Origin: an uncultured Candidatus Rokubacteria bacterium
GTDB lineage: Bacteria; Methylomirabilota; Methylomirabilia; Rokubacteriales; CSP1-6
Length of the DNA stretch: 64,000 bases
Assembly (NCBI GenBank): GCA_963754315.1
Contig: CAVWFS010000001.1
Coordinates: 32,001 to 96,000, forward strand
Direction of reading: 5' to 3'
Position 1 is the first letter of the stretch. Each line of letters starts with the position of its first letter. Shown one piece after another: positions 50,224 through 59,486 of this stretch. The notes under the pieces were generated by a model that was not told where the DNA came from, did no database searches, and saw only the letters and a program-made list of their open reading frames with translations. Position numbers and translations under genes: made by a program.

Positions 50224-51273
50224 ATGCTCAAACTTCCAGATATTCGGGAACAGGCCGCCCAGCGGCTACGCGAGCTGTTCCCGAAGGCTCGCGCCTGGGA
50301 GGAGAGCTTCGACGCACGGGTGGGGAACCAGACCGCGAATTTGCTTGTGAAATTCCGACTTGGCGACCACGAACACATGATCGTGCTTGAGCTCAGCACC
50401 CTCGGTCAACCTCGTCAGATCCGCGCGGCAGTCACACGCCTGGATGAGCTTCGGAGGGAGATGCCCACGGCTTACCCGGCTGCAGCAGCTGTCTACATAG
50501 GGCCGGAGAGTGCGCGGATCTTGAAGTCGCACAATTTGGGATACATCGATCTCTCGGGGAACTGCCATTTGGCCCTCGAGAACGTCCTCATCGAAAAGGA
50601 AGGAAAGCGGAACACCCGAGCCTCGGCCCGCCCCCTGCGCTCGCTGTTCGCGCCGCGAGCCACCCGCGTCGTCCGTGTTCTCCTGTCGGAAGTCGGGCGA
50701 GCCTGGCGCCTTGGCGAGCTAGCCCGGGCGGCCGAAGTGAGTTTGGGGCACTCGCACAACGTCGTGAAGCGGCTGGAGGAGTTGGCCTGGCTGGAGCGGG
50801 ACACGAGCGATCGGATGCGGCTCACCAAGCCGGCCGATCTGCTCGAGAGCTGGGGAGACGCCTACACCTATCGGGAAAACGAGATCGCGTCGTATGCGGT
50901 TCCGGAGCGCATGACCCGGAAGTTTCTGGTCGAAGTTGCCCGCGCGGCCGAGGCGGAGGGGCGGCGATACGCATTGACGATGAGCGCCGGGTTGTCGCTG
51001 GTGGCGCCGCATCTCAGGATGACCGCCGTGCACGCCTACCTCGAGGGAAATCCGGCTCCGGTGGCGGCGCGGCTGGGCCTGCGCGCGGTGGCCGAGGCAG
51101 ACGGGGCTCTGCATCTGTTCGCCCCCTACGATCGAGGCGTGTTTCACGGACTGCTCGAGAAGGGTGGTCTGCGGGTTACGTCTCTGCCTCAGCTCTGGGT
51201 GGACCTCGCTCGATACGACGGCCGGGGCGCCGATCAGGCGCAACATCTCCGGCGCGAGGCGATGGGCTACTGA
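50224..51273 (+). CDS. AbiEi-like (type IV toxin-antitoxin antitoxin) winged-HTH protein
   Basis: GYIDLSGN, SLFAPRATRVVRVLL, wHTH ELARAAEVSLG, PYDRGVF, QLWVDL...GRGADQA. Confidence 0.75.
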   Translation: MLKLPDIREQAAQRLRELFPKARAWEESFDARVGNQTANLLVKFRLGDHEHMIVLELSTLGQPRQIRAAVTRLDELRREMPTAYPAAAAVYIGPESARILKSHNLGYIDLSGNCHLALENVLIEKEGKRNTRASARPLRSLFAPRATRVVRVLLSEVGRAWRLGELARAAEVSLGHSHNVVKRLEELAWLERDTSDRMRLTKPADLLESWGDAYTYRENEIASYAVPERMTRKFLVEVARAAEAEGRRYALTMSAGLSLVAPHLRMTAVHAYLEGNPAPVAARLGLRAVAEADGALHLFAPYDRGVFHGLLEKGGLRVTSLPQLWVDLARYDGRGADQAQHLRREAMGY

Positions 51274-51316
51274 CCGGATGAACTGCGCGGGCGACGGGAA
51301 GGAGGTGAGTTGATCC

Positions 51317-51355
51317 GTGGCGAAGAAGAAGGCGGCCAAGAAGAAGAAGAAGTAA
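51317..51355 (+). CDS. 12-aa Lys-rich micro-ORF MAKKKAAKKKKK
   Basis: Extended SD GGAAGGAGGTGA; GTG start; all Lys codons AAG; TAA stop. Confidence 0.6.
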   Translation: MAKKKAAKKKKK

Positions 51356-51405
51356 CGCGTCGAGACGCCCGTTCGATCGTCCCAGGAGAGGAGGTGAGAC
51401 ACTCG

Positions 51406-51447
51406 ATGAAGAAGAAGGCTACCAAGAAGAAGGCGAAGAAGAAGTAA
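51406..51447 (+). CDS. 13-aa Lys-rich micro-ORF MKKKATKKKAKKK
   Basis: Extended SD GAGGAGGTGA; ATG start; TAA stop; paralogous to the upstream micro-ORF. Confidence 0.6.
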   Translation: MKKKATKKKAKKK

Positions 51448-51461
51448 CGTCTCTTCACGCT

Positions 51462-51521
51462 GGGTGGGGGGTGGCAGCCTCCCACCTCCATGCCATCCGG
51501 GAGGGGGCAACCCCCCTCCCG
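51462..51521. terminator. Two GC hairpins between convergent transcripts
   Basis: GGTGGGGGG...CCTCCCACC and CGGGAGGGG-GCAAC-CCCCTCCCG; no clear U-tract. Confidence 0.5.
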
Positions 51522-51528
51522 TGTGTGC

Positions 51529-51720
51529 TTAAATGACCTTTGTGACCTTTCCGGCCTTCAGACAGCGCGTACACACACGCGCGCGTTGCGGCTTGCCGGC
51601 GACCATGATCCGCATCGACACGAGATTCGGCATCCAGCGCCGCCGCGTGAGCTTGTGGGCGTGGCTGATCGAGTTACCGACAGACGGACCCTTCGCACAG
51701 ACATCGCATCGCTGAGCCAT
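51529..51720 (-). CDS. rpmB: 50S ribosomal protein L28 (Zn-ribbon C+ form)
   Basis: MAQRCDVCAKGPSVGNSISHAHKLTRRRWMPNL...CTRCLKAG; SD AAGGAG. Confidence 0.95.
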   Translation of the reverse strand: MAQRCDVCAKGPSVGNSISHAHKLTRRRWMPNLVSMRIMVAGKPQRARVCTRCLKAGKVTKVI

Positions 51721-51763
51721 GAGTGCTCCTTGAACGTCGAGGACCCCCAGGGGGACGAGTTCG

Positions 51764-53872
51764 TTGTATAGCACAGAGAGAGATGCGAGGCAAACGGAGG
51801 CGGTGGGGCTCCGTACACCGCTGCAGTTCCTGAAGGGGATCGGTCCCCGGCGGGCGGAGTTGCTCGCCCGCAAGGGTCTCCTCACCGTGGAGGATGCCCT
51901 CCTCTTCGCTCCCACCCGCCACGAGGATCGGACCAAGCTGACCCCGCTGCGCGCCCTGCGCCCCGGCGACACGGTTACCTGCGCCGGGGTGATCGCCGGG
52001 ATCAGTCCCCCGCCGCGCCGTTCGCGCCAGCCGCTCAAGGTCATGCTCCGCGACTCGAGCGGTTTCGCCACGGCCGTGTTCTTCGGACCGCGCGCGTACC
52101 TGGCCCGCACCATGAAGCGCGGACAGCGCCTGATCCTACACGGCAAGATCCGGACTTTCGACGGTCAGATCACCATCCAGGAGAAGGACTGGGAGATCGT
52201 CGAACCAGGCGACGACGACCGCATCCACGCGGGACGCCTTGTGCCCATCTATTCCCTGACCGAAGGGCTCGCCCAGCGCCCGTTGCGCGCGCTCATGCAC
52301 GGGCTGGTGGAGAGCTCGGCCGGGCAAGTGGTCGACCCCGTCCCCGAAGCGGTGCGGCACCGTCGCCGGCTCGTCGAGCTCGGCGAAGCGTTGCGCGGCG
52401 CCCACTTTCCGCAGACGGAGGGGGAGCTGACGGTAGCCCGTCGTCGGCTGGCCTTCGACGATTTCCTTTTCTTCCAGCTTGGCCTGGCAATTCTCCGCGC
52501 TCGAGCCACGCGAGCCCGCGGAATTGCCTTTCGGCCGTCGACTCGTCTGGAGGCTCAGCTTCGCGCCTCACTGCCGTTCACCCTGACCGACGCTCAGGAG
52601 CGAGTATGGGACGAGATCCGTCAGGATATGGCCGCTCCGTTTCCCATGCACCGTCTGCTGCAGGGAGACGTCGGTTCCGGCAAGACCATCGTGGCGGCGC
52701 TCGCTGTGCTGACCGCCGTGGAGGCCGGCTACCAGACGGCCGTGATGGCGCCGACCGAGATTCTGGTCGAGCAGCACTTCATGACCTTCCAGCAGCTGCT
52801 GGCGCCGCTGGGAGTGCCCATTGCGCTGCTCACCTCGTCGGTGAAGTCCCGCGAACGTGAGGCGAGACGGGCCGCCGTCGCCGCCGGCGAGGTGGCCTGC
52901 GTGGTTGGCACCCATGCACTCGTCCAGCAAGCAGTCACCTTCCGTCGGCTTGGCCTGGTCGTGGTCGACGAACAGCATCGCTTCGGCGTCGCCCAGCGCG
53001 CACGCCTACGTGCCAAGGGTGAGTCGCCGGACCTCCTGGTCATGACAGCCACGCCCATCCCACGCACGCTTGCCCTCACGCTGTACGGCGACCTTGACCT
53101 CAGTGTGATCGACAAGCTCCCGCCGGGTCGCCAGCCCGTCAAGACGGTGGCGCGGGCGGAAGCCAACCGGAAGGCGATCTATGGCTTTCTGCGGGAGCAG
53201 ATCCGCGCCGGGCGGCAGGTCTACGTGGTCTGCCCGCTCGTCGAGGAGTCAGAGGCCACCGATCTCAAGGCGGCGTCGGACATGGCACGCCATCTCCAAG
53301 GCGAGGTGTTCCCCGATCTCACGGTCGGGCTCATCCACGGGAGGCTCAGCTTCGAGGACAAGGACGTCATGATGCGGCGCTTCAAGGCCGGTGAGATTCA
53401 TCTGCTTGTCTCCACGACCGTCATCGAAGTCGGCATCGACGTCCCCAACGCCTCCGTGATGCTCGTCGAACACGCCGAGCGTTTCGGGCTCTCCCAGCTT
53501 CATCAGCTGCGGGGTCGGGTGGGCCGCGGCCCCTGGAAGTCGTACTGCATCCTTCTCGTTGCGGGGCGCCCCGGTGACGAAGGCCGGCGGCGCCTCGAGG
53601 CGATGACCGCCACCAACGACGGGTTCCGGATCGCCGAGGCGGATCTGGAGTTGCGCGGTCCCGGCGAGTTCTTCGGGACTCGCCAGTCGGGCTTGCCCGA
53701 GTTCCGGGTGGCCGATCTGTTGCGCGATGCCCCCATCCTCGAGGAGGCGCGCCGGGAGGCGATCGCGATCGTCGCCGCCGACTCGGAGCTGTGTGAGCCG
53801 GTGAACCGGGGTCTGCGCGAGGCCCTGCTTGGGCGATGGCGAGGCAAGCTGAGCCTCGCCTCTTCCGGCTGA
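51764..53872 (+). CDS. recG: ATP-dependent DNA helicase RecG
   Basis: LLQGDVGSGKT, DEQHRFGV, MTATPIPRTL, QLRGRVGR; start approximate. Confidence 0.96.
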   Translation: MYSTERDARQTEAVGLRTPLQFLKGIGPRRAELLARKGLLTVEDALLFAPTRHEDRTKLTPLRALRPGDTVTCAGVIAGISPPPRRSRQPLKVMLRDSSGFATAVFFGPRAYLARTMKRGQRLILHGKIRTFDGQITIQEKDWEIVEPGDDDRIHAGRLVPIYSLTEGLAQRPLRALMHGLVESSAGQVVDPVPEAVRHRRRLVELGEALRGAHFPQTEGELTVARRRLAFDDFLFFQLGLAILRARATRARGIAFRPSTRLEAQLRASLPFTLTDAQERVWDEIRQDMAAPFPMHRLLQGDVGSGKTIVAALAVLTAVEAGYQTAVMAPTEILVEQHFMTFQQLLAPLGVPIALLTSSVKSREREARRAAVAAGEVACVVGTHALVQQAVTFRRLGLVVVDEQHRFGVAQRARLRAKGESPDLLVMTATPIPRTLALTLYGDLDLSVIDKLPPGRQPVKTVARAEANRKAIYGFLREQIRAGRQVYVVCPLVEESEATDLKAASDMARHLQGEVFPDLTVGLIHGRLSFEDKDVMMRRFKAGEIHLLVSTTVIEVGIDVPNASVMLVEHAERFGLSQLHQLRGRVGRGPWKSYCILLVAGRPGDEGRRRLEAMTATNDGFRIAEADLELRGPGEFFGTRQSGLPEFRVADLLRDAPILEEARREAIAIVAADSELCEPVNRGLREALLGRWRGKLSLASSG

Positions 53873-54038
53873 GCAGGCCGATGAAACGGCGCCATCTGCG
53901 TCGTTGGCTCGTCGGGTGCTCCCTGAGGCGTATGCGGCATACGCCTCAGTCGCACCGCTCCTCGCCGCCTAGCATCTGGCACCGTTTGATCGGCCTGCTC
54001 CGTTTTCAGCGGCGGCCGCGGTCGGCGGAGGGGCGGCG

Positions 54039-54596
54039 GTGCGGGTGATCGCGGGGGTGCTCAAGGGGCGGCGGCTGGTGACGCCCCGCGGGAGTCTCAC
54101 GCGGCCCACCGCGGATCAGGTACGCATCGCGCTCATGGATACGCTGATGCCCTGGTTGCCTGGCGCGCGGTTTCTCGACCTCTTCGCCGGCGCCGGCGGG
54201 GTGGGTATCGAAGGCCTCTCGAGAGGGGCGATCGAGGCCGTCCTGGTGGATCGAGATCGGCGCGCGACGGCTGCCCTCCGCGAGAACGTGGAAGCGCTGG
54301 GCCTCGGGGCAGTGGCCAGCGTGTTGCAGATGGACGTCCAGCGCGCGTTGGCGCGGCTGGCTGCAGAGGGACAGCGCTTCGACGTTGTGTTCCTGGACCC
54401 GCCGTACGACACGTCGCTCGTTCCCGACACGCTGGCCCAACTGGGCTCCGGTAGGCTGATCCGCCCGGGTGGTGTGGCGGTCGCCCAGCACCTCACGAAG
54501 CGGGCGCCGGTGCTGATGGCGCTGCCCGCGCTCGAGCGCTTCCGGGCGCGGCGTTTCGGGGAGACGACCTTGACTTTCTTTCGGGCCGGAGGGTAG
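54039..54596 (+). CDS. rsmD: 16S rRNA m2G966 methyltransferase
   Basis: MRVIAG..KGRRL, LDLFAG, FLDPPY. Confidence 0.93.
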   Translation: MRVIAGVLKGRRLVTPRGSLTRPTADQVRIALMDTLMPWLPGARFLDLFAGAGGVGIEGLSRGAIEAVLVDRDRRATAALRENVEALGLGAVASVLQMDVQRALARLAAEGQRFDVVFLDPPYDTSLVPDTLAQLGSGRLIRPGGVAVAQHLTKRAPVLMALPALERFRARRFGETTLTFFRAGG

Positions 54597-54604
54597 ATTC
54601 CGCT

Positions 54605-55090
54605 GTGGCCAAGCGGGCGGTCTATCCGGGCATGTTCGACCCTGTCCATAATGGGCACATCGACGTGATCGAGCGGAGCCTCCGCATGTTCAACGAACTG
54701 ATCGTGGCGGTGGTGGCCAACCCGAGCAAGCAACCCCTCTTCTCGGTCAAGGAGCGGCTGGAGATGATCGACGAGGCCCTCCCCACCAGCGCCAACACCC
54801 TGCGCATCATGGCCTTCGATGGGCTTCTCATCGATCTGGTGGCGCGGGAACGCGCGGACTGCATCGTGCGCGGGATTCGGGCGGTGTCGGACTTCGAGTA
54901 CGAGTTCCAGATGGCCCTCATGAACCGCAAACTCTCCAGCGTGGAGACGGTGTTCCTGATGCCCCACGAGAAGTACACCTACATCTCCTCACGCCTCATC
55001 AAGGAGGTCGCCAGCTTCGGGACGTCGGTGGCGGGAATGGTGCCCCCCGGCGTGGAGAAGCGCCTGGTCGAGCGCTTTCCCCTCAAGTGA
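54605..55090 (+). CDS. coaD: Phosphopantetheine adenylyltransferase
   Basis: YPGMFDPVHNGH, RGIRAVSDFEYE, ISSRLIKE. Confidence 0.95.
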   Translation: MAKRAVYPGMFDPVHNGHIDVIERSLRMFNELIVAVVANPSKQPLFSVKERLEMIDEALPTSANTLRIMAFDGLLIDLVARERADCIVRGIRAVSDFEYEFQMALMNRKLSSVETVFLMPHEKYTYISSRLIKEVASFGTSVAGMVPPGVEKRLVERFPLK

Positions 55091-55112
55091 TGACCAAGAA
55101 GGAGCTTAGCCT

Positions 55113-56303
55113 GTGCTCGCGCAACGCCTGAAGACCCTTGCCCCATCCGCCACGCTCGCTGTCCAGGCCAAGGCCAAGGAATTGCGGGCATGCGGCGTCG
55201 ACGTGATTTCGTTCGGGGCGGGGGAGCCCGATTTCGATACGCCGCATCGAATCAAGGAGGCGGCGACCGCGGCCATGCAATCTGGTCACACCAAGTACAC
55301 AGAGGTGGGCGGGGTGCCCGAGTTGCGGTCCGCGGTGTGCGCCAAGTTCAAGCGCGACCAGGGACTCGACTACGAGCCTGCCGATATCATCGTGTCCTGC
55401 GGCGCCAAGCACACGCTGTTCAACCTGATGGTGGCCGTGCTCGACCCCGGAGACGAGGTCATTGTGCCGAGCCCGTTCTGGGTCTCGTATCCCGAGCAGG
55501 TCCGGCTCGTGGGGGGCGTCCCGGTGGTGGTGGAGACGGTGGAGGCCAGCGGGTTCGACCTCGATGGGGAGCGGGTGCGACGGGCGGTAACCCCGCGCAC
55601 GAAGGTCATCATCGTCAACAGTCCCAACAACCCGACCGGCGCGGTATTCTCGCGCTCCGCCCTGGAAGTGGTAGCGCGGATTGCCATCGAGCATGACCTC
55701 CTCCTGGTGTCCGACGAGTGCTACGAGGCACTCACCTTCGAAGGGCACCACCTCTCCGTGGCCTCTCTCGGGCCGGACGTCAAGGCCCGGACCCTTGTGG
55801 TGAACACATGCTCGAAGGCCTATGCCATGACCGGCTGGCGCATCGGCTTCGCTGCCGGGCCACGGGCGCTCATCCGGGCCATGACCGACGTGCAGAGTCA
55901 GGTCACATCGAATCCTTCGTCCATCGCCCAGTACGCCGCCGTCGAAGCCCTGACGGGGCCCCAGGACGATGTGGCAAAGATGGCCGGTGAGTTCGATCAC
56001 CGTCGCCGGGTCATCGTGGCGGGGCTGAACGCGTTGCCCCACGTGAACTGCGCAATGCCCAAGGGCGCCTTCTACGCCTTTGCCAACGTATCCGGCCTGT
56101 TCGGCCGTCGTACGCCGAACGGCCAGATGCTCCGAGGGTCCACCGACGTCACGGCCTTCCTGCTCGAGCACGCCCGGGTGGCGGTGGTGCCTGGGGTCGA
56201 CTTCGGATCGGACGCTCACATTCGACTCTCGTACGCGACGAGCACCGACCTCATCCGCGGCGGGCTCGCTCGGATGGACGTCGCCATTCGCGCGCTCGTC
56301 TGA
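55113..56303 (+). CDS. Class I PLP-dependent (aspartate) aminotransferase
   Basis: GEPDF, NSPNNPTG, SDECY, SKAYAMTGWRIG. Confidence 0.93.
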   Translation: MLAQRLKTLAPSATLAVQAKAKELRACGVDVISFGAGEPDFDTPHRIKEAATAAMQSGHTKYTEVGGVPELRSAVCAKFKRDQGLDYEPADIIVSCGAKHTLFNLMVAVLDPGDEVIVPSPFWVSYPEQVRLVGGVPVVVETVEASGFDLDGERVRRAVTPRTKVIIVNSPNNPTGAVFSRSALEVVARIAIEHDLLLVSDECYEALTFEGHHLSVASLGPDVKARTLVVNTCSKAYAMTGWRIGFAAGPRALIRAMTDVQSQVTSNPSSIAQYAAVEALTGPQDDVAKMAGEFDHRRRVIVAGLNALPHVNCAMPKGAFYAFANVSGLFGRRTPNGQMLRGSTDVTAFLLEHARVAVVPGVDFGSDAHIRLSYATSTDLIRGGLARMDVAIRALV

Positions 56304-56333
56304 TCGGCGTCGTGGGCCAAGGAGAGGGTGCGC

Positions 56334-56777
56334 ATGAAGATCGAAGGCTCGCACGATGTGCCCGCCCCGCGTCAGAAGGTCTGGGAAGCCTTCCTCGATC
56401 CCGAGGTGCTACGCCAGGCGATTCCGGGGTGCGAGAAGCTCGAGGCCATCGGCAACGATGAATACAAAGCCACCATGAAGGTGGGAGTGGGGGCAGTGAA
56501 GGGCACGTTCGAGGGTAAGGTCGGAATCCAGGATAAGCGTCCGCCCGACTCCTACCGGTTGGCGGTCGAGGGGACGGGTGGGCCGGGGTTCGTGCGCGGC
56601 AGTACCCTCATAACCCTCAGCGACATCGCGGAGGGCACCCGGGTCAGTTACGCGGCCGACGTCCAGGTGGGCGGACTGATCGCGGGTGTCGGGCAGCGGA
56701 TGCTGGGGGGCGTCTCCAAGATGATGGCCGACAACTTCTTTGCCAAGATGAGCGAGCTGTTACAGAGAACTGCATGA
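56334..56777 (+). CDS. CoxG/SRPBCC family protein
   Basis: DPEVLRQAIPGCE, VGGLIAGVGQRML. Confidence 0.88.
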   Translation: MKIEGSHDVPAPRQKVWEAFLDPEVLRQAIPGCEKLEAIGNDEYKATMKVGVGAVKGTFEGKVGIQDKRPPDSYRLAVEGTGGPGFVRGSTLITLSDIAEGTRVSYAADVQVGGLIAGVGQRMLGGVSKMMADNFFAKMSELLQRTA

Positions 56778-57649
56778 AGCCAGCCTCCTTCGAGTACGTC
56801 CGCCCGGCGACCCTAGCGGATGCCCTCGAGATCTTGCACCAGCACGGTGACGACGCCAAAGTGCTGGCCGGCGGCCAGAGTCTGGTCCCCATGATGAATT
56901 TCCGGCTCGCCCGCCCCGCCGTGATCGTTGACCTCAACGGCCTCCCGGAGCTTGCGTACATCCGGGTGACTGGCGATGGCGTCGCCCTCGGGTCCATGAC
57001 CCGGCAGCGGCAGATCGAAAAGTCGAGCGTAGTGCGAGACCGCTCATCGTTGCTCGCGGAGGCGACGCCGCTGATCGGCCATCTGCCCATCCGCACGCGG
57101 GGGACGATTGGCGGCAGCCTCGTCCACGCCGATCCCGCCGCCGAGTACCCGGTGGTGATGGTGGCGCTGGAGGCCGAGTTCACGATGGCGCGCAAGGGCG
57201 GGACTCGTCGGGTCGCGGCCGCAGACTTCTTCCAGACGTACCTCAGCACCGCCATCGGGCCCGACGAGATTCTGACCGAAGTGCGCGTGCCTGGACTGCC
57301 GCCCGGCGCGCGGTCGGCCTTTCTGGAGATTTCCCGCCGCCACGGTGATTTCGCCCTCGTGGCCGCCGCCGCCGCCGTTGAGGTTGACGGAAGCGGCCGT
57401 ATCGTGTCGTCCAGGATCGCGCTAGGCGGTGTGGGGCCCACACCCGTCCGGGCGAGGCCCGCAGAAACGATGCTACGCGCACAGCAGCCGACTGCCACGC
57501 TGATCCGTGAGGCAGCCGCGACTGTCGTCGAGCTGACCGATCCTCCAGACGATATCCACGCGTCCGCCGAGTACCGTCGGGAGATGAGCGCAGTCTTCAC
57601 CCGACGCGCGCTGACGGCGGCCCTGGCAAAGCTCGACATCCGGGTCTGA
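56774..57649 (+). CDS. Xanthine/CO dehydrogenase family FAD-binding medium subunit (CoxM-like)
   Basis: [31 protein letters not shown]. Confidence 0.92.
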   Translation: MKPASFEYVRPATLADALEILHQHGDDAKVLAGGQSLVPMMNFRLARPAVIVDLNGLPELAYIRVTGDGVALGSMTRQRQIEKSSVVRDRSSLLAEATPLIGHLPIRTRGTIGGSLVHADPAAEYPVVMVALEAEFTMARKGGTRRVAAADFFQTYLSTAIGPDEILTEVRVPGLPPGARSAFLEISRRHGDFALVAAAAAVEVDGSGRIVSSRIALGGVGPTPVRARPAETMLRAQQPTATLIREAAATVVELTDPPDDIHASAEYRREMSAVFTRRALTAALAKLDIRV

Positions 57650-58137
57650 TGGCCATGGTCACGGTGTCCCTGACCATCAACGGCGCCGCCTACCGTGGCG
57701 AGGTCGAGCCGCGACTGCTCTTGGCCGACTTCATTCGTGAGGTGTGTCAGCTCACAGGCACGCACGTCGGATGCGAGCATGGTGTGTGCGGGGCGTGCAC
57801 GATTCTCATGAACGGTGAGCCCGTGCGCTCGTGCCTGACCTTCGCCGTCCAAGCCAATGGCGCCGATCTTGCCACCGTGGAGGGGCTCGCCGCCCCCGAC
57901 GGCACCTTGCATCCGCTGCAAGAGGCTTTTCGCGAGCATCATGGGCTTCAATGCGGTTTTTGCACGCCGGGGGTGCTCATGACGGCGATCTACCTGTTGC
58001 GTGAGAACCCGACCCCCACCGAACGGGAGATCCGCGAAGGAATTGCGGGATCGCTCTGCCGTTGCACGGGCTACGAGGGAATCATCCGCGCGATCGCCGC
58101 CGCTGCTCCCGTGCTGGCCGCCGCGCGCCCTTCGTGA
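57649..58137 (+). CDS. Xanthine/CO dehydrogenase family [2Fe-2S] small subunit (CoxS-like)
   Basis: [25 protein letters not shown]. Confidence 0.93.
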   Translation: MAMVTVSLTINGAAYRGEVEPRLLLADFIREVCQLTGTHVGCEHGVCGACTILMNGEPVRSCLTFAVQANGADLATVEGLAAPDGTLHPLQEAFREHHGLQCGFCTPGVLMTAIYLLRENPTPTEREIREGIAGSLCRCTGYEGIIRAIAAAAPVLAAARPS

Positions 58138-59468
58138 GCGGTCGCGCTCTACGCTATCTCGAGCCACGTTTCGAGCGGGCCTCGCGGGCCGAGATGACTC
58201 GCTGGCAGACGGCCCGGCTGCGTGAACAGACGGCGCACGCCTATCGGAACAGTCCCTTCTATCGCAGCAAGCTTCGCGACGCCGGCGTCAAGCCGTCCGC
58301 GATCCGCAGCCTTGCCGACCTCGCCAGGCTGCCCTTTACCACCAAGGACGAGCTGAAGGAGGACCAGGCGGCGCATCCACCGTGGGGGCACGTCCTCGCC
58401 GTGCCGTTGGCCGAAGTGCTACGCGTGCACCTGACCTCGGCGACCACGGGCCGTCCCCTCGCCTTTCTCGATACCAGAGAAGACTGGCACGGCTTCTATC
58501 ACTCGTATGCGCGCTCACTCTATGCCTACGGCGTGCGCAAGACCGACATGGTCATGGCCGCCTTCTCGTACGGCCCTTGGATCGGCTACTGGAGCGGCTT
58601 CTACGCCGCCCAGGACCTGGGCTGCCTGGTTTTCCCGGTGGGCGGTCTCTCCACGGACCAGCGGATCGACGCGCTCCTCACCTATCCCATCACCGTGCTG
58701 GGCTGCACGCCATCCTACGCCTTGTTCCTGGCCGAGGCGGCGGCCAAGAAGGGAATCGACCTCGCCAAGCAGGCGAAGATCCGCATCACGTGGCACACTG
58801 GCGAGCCAGGGGCATCCATCCCGGCCACCCGGGCCAGGATCGAGGCGGCCTTCGGCGGCCAGGCTTTTGACCTGCCCGGACTCACGGAGATCGCCGCCTG
58901 GGGATTCGAATGCCAGGCGCGCTCGGGCCTGACCCACGTGCACGAGGACTACTGCTATCCCGAGGTCCTCGACGAAGGCGGGCGCGCCGTGGACCCCGGT
59001 GGACGGGGCGAGCTGGTCTTCACGAGCCTCTATCGCAAGGCCATGCCGCTTCTCCGGTATCGGACGCGCGACATTGTCCAGCTTGCTGATCGCCGTTGTC
59101 CCTGTGGGCGGACCCTGGTGGCCTTCGAGGGGGGTGTCCATGCGCGCCTGGACGATATGAAAAAGGTGCGCGGGATCATCGTCTACCCCCGCCGCATCGA
59201 GGAGATCGTGCGACCGCACCGGGACGTGGACGAATTCCAGATCGTTTTCCGTCGCCACCAAGGGCTCGACGAGATCCTGGTACGGGTGGATCCCGCTCCC
59301 GTTCTATCCCTCGCCGAGCGGACCGGCTTGCTCACCCGCATCGGCGAGGATCTTCGTCTTGGCCTCGGGATCCGCGTGAACGTCGAGGCCACCGAGCCCG
59401 GCGCTCTCCCGCGCTGGGACCACAAGGCCCGTCGGGTACGGGACGAGCGCACCGAGGTGCCTTTCTAA
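58134..59468 (+). CDS. Phenylacetate-CoA ligase family (ANL) protein
   Basis: [32 protein letters not shown]. Confidence 0.88.
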   Translation: MSGRALRYLEPRFERASRAEMTRWQTARLREQTAHAYRNSPFYRSKLRDAGVKPSAIRSLADLARLPFTTKDELKEDQAAHPPWGHVLAVPLAEVLRVHLTSATTGRPLAFLDTREDWHGFYHSYARSLYAYGVRKTDMVMAAFSYGPWIGYWSGFYAAQDLGCLVFPVGGLSTDQRIDALLTYPITVLGCTPSYALFLAEAAAKKGIDLAKQAKIRITWHTGEPGASIPATRARIEAAFGGQAFDLPGLTEIAAWGFECQARSGLTHVHEDYCYPEVLDEGGRAVDPGGRGELVFTSLYRKAMPLLRYRTRDIVQLADRRCPCGRTLVAFEGGVHARLDDMKKVRGIIVYPRRIEEIVRPHRDVDEFQIVFRRHQGLDEILVRVDPAPVLSLAERTGLLTRIGEDLRLGLGIRVNVEATEPGALPRWDHKARRVRDERTEVPF

Positions 59469-59486
59469 CTCGGGCAGAGGTTGGGG

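Noticed and set aside
50719..51510. Minus-strand Phe/Leu-rich ORFs (FFFFLAAFFF)
   Set aside because: Antisense shadows of the AAG runs; the SD sites and starts are on the plus strand.
51721..52146. 205-aa version of rpmB
   Set aside because: The extension is antisense to recG; L28 starts at 51720 with its own SD.
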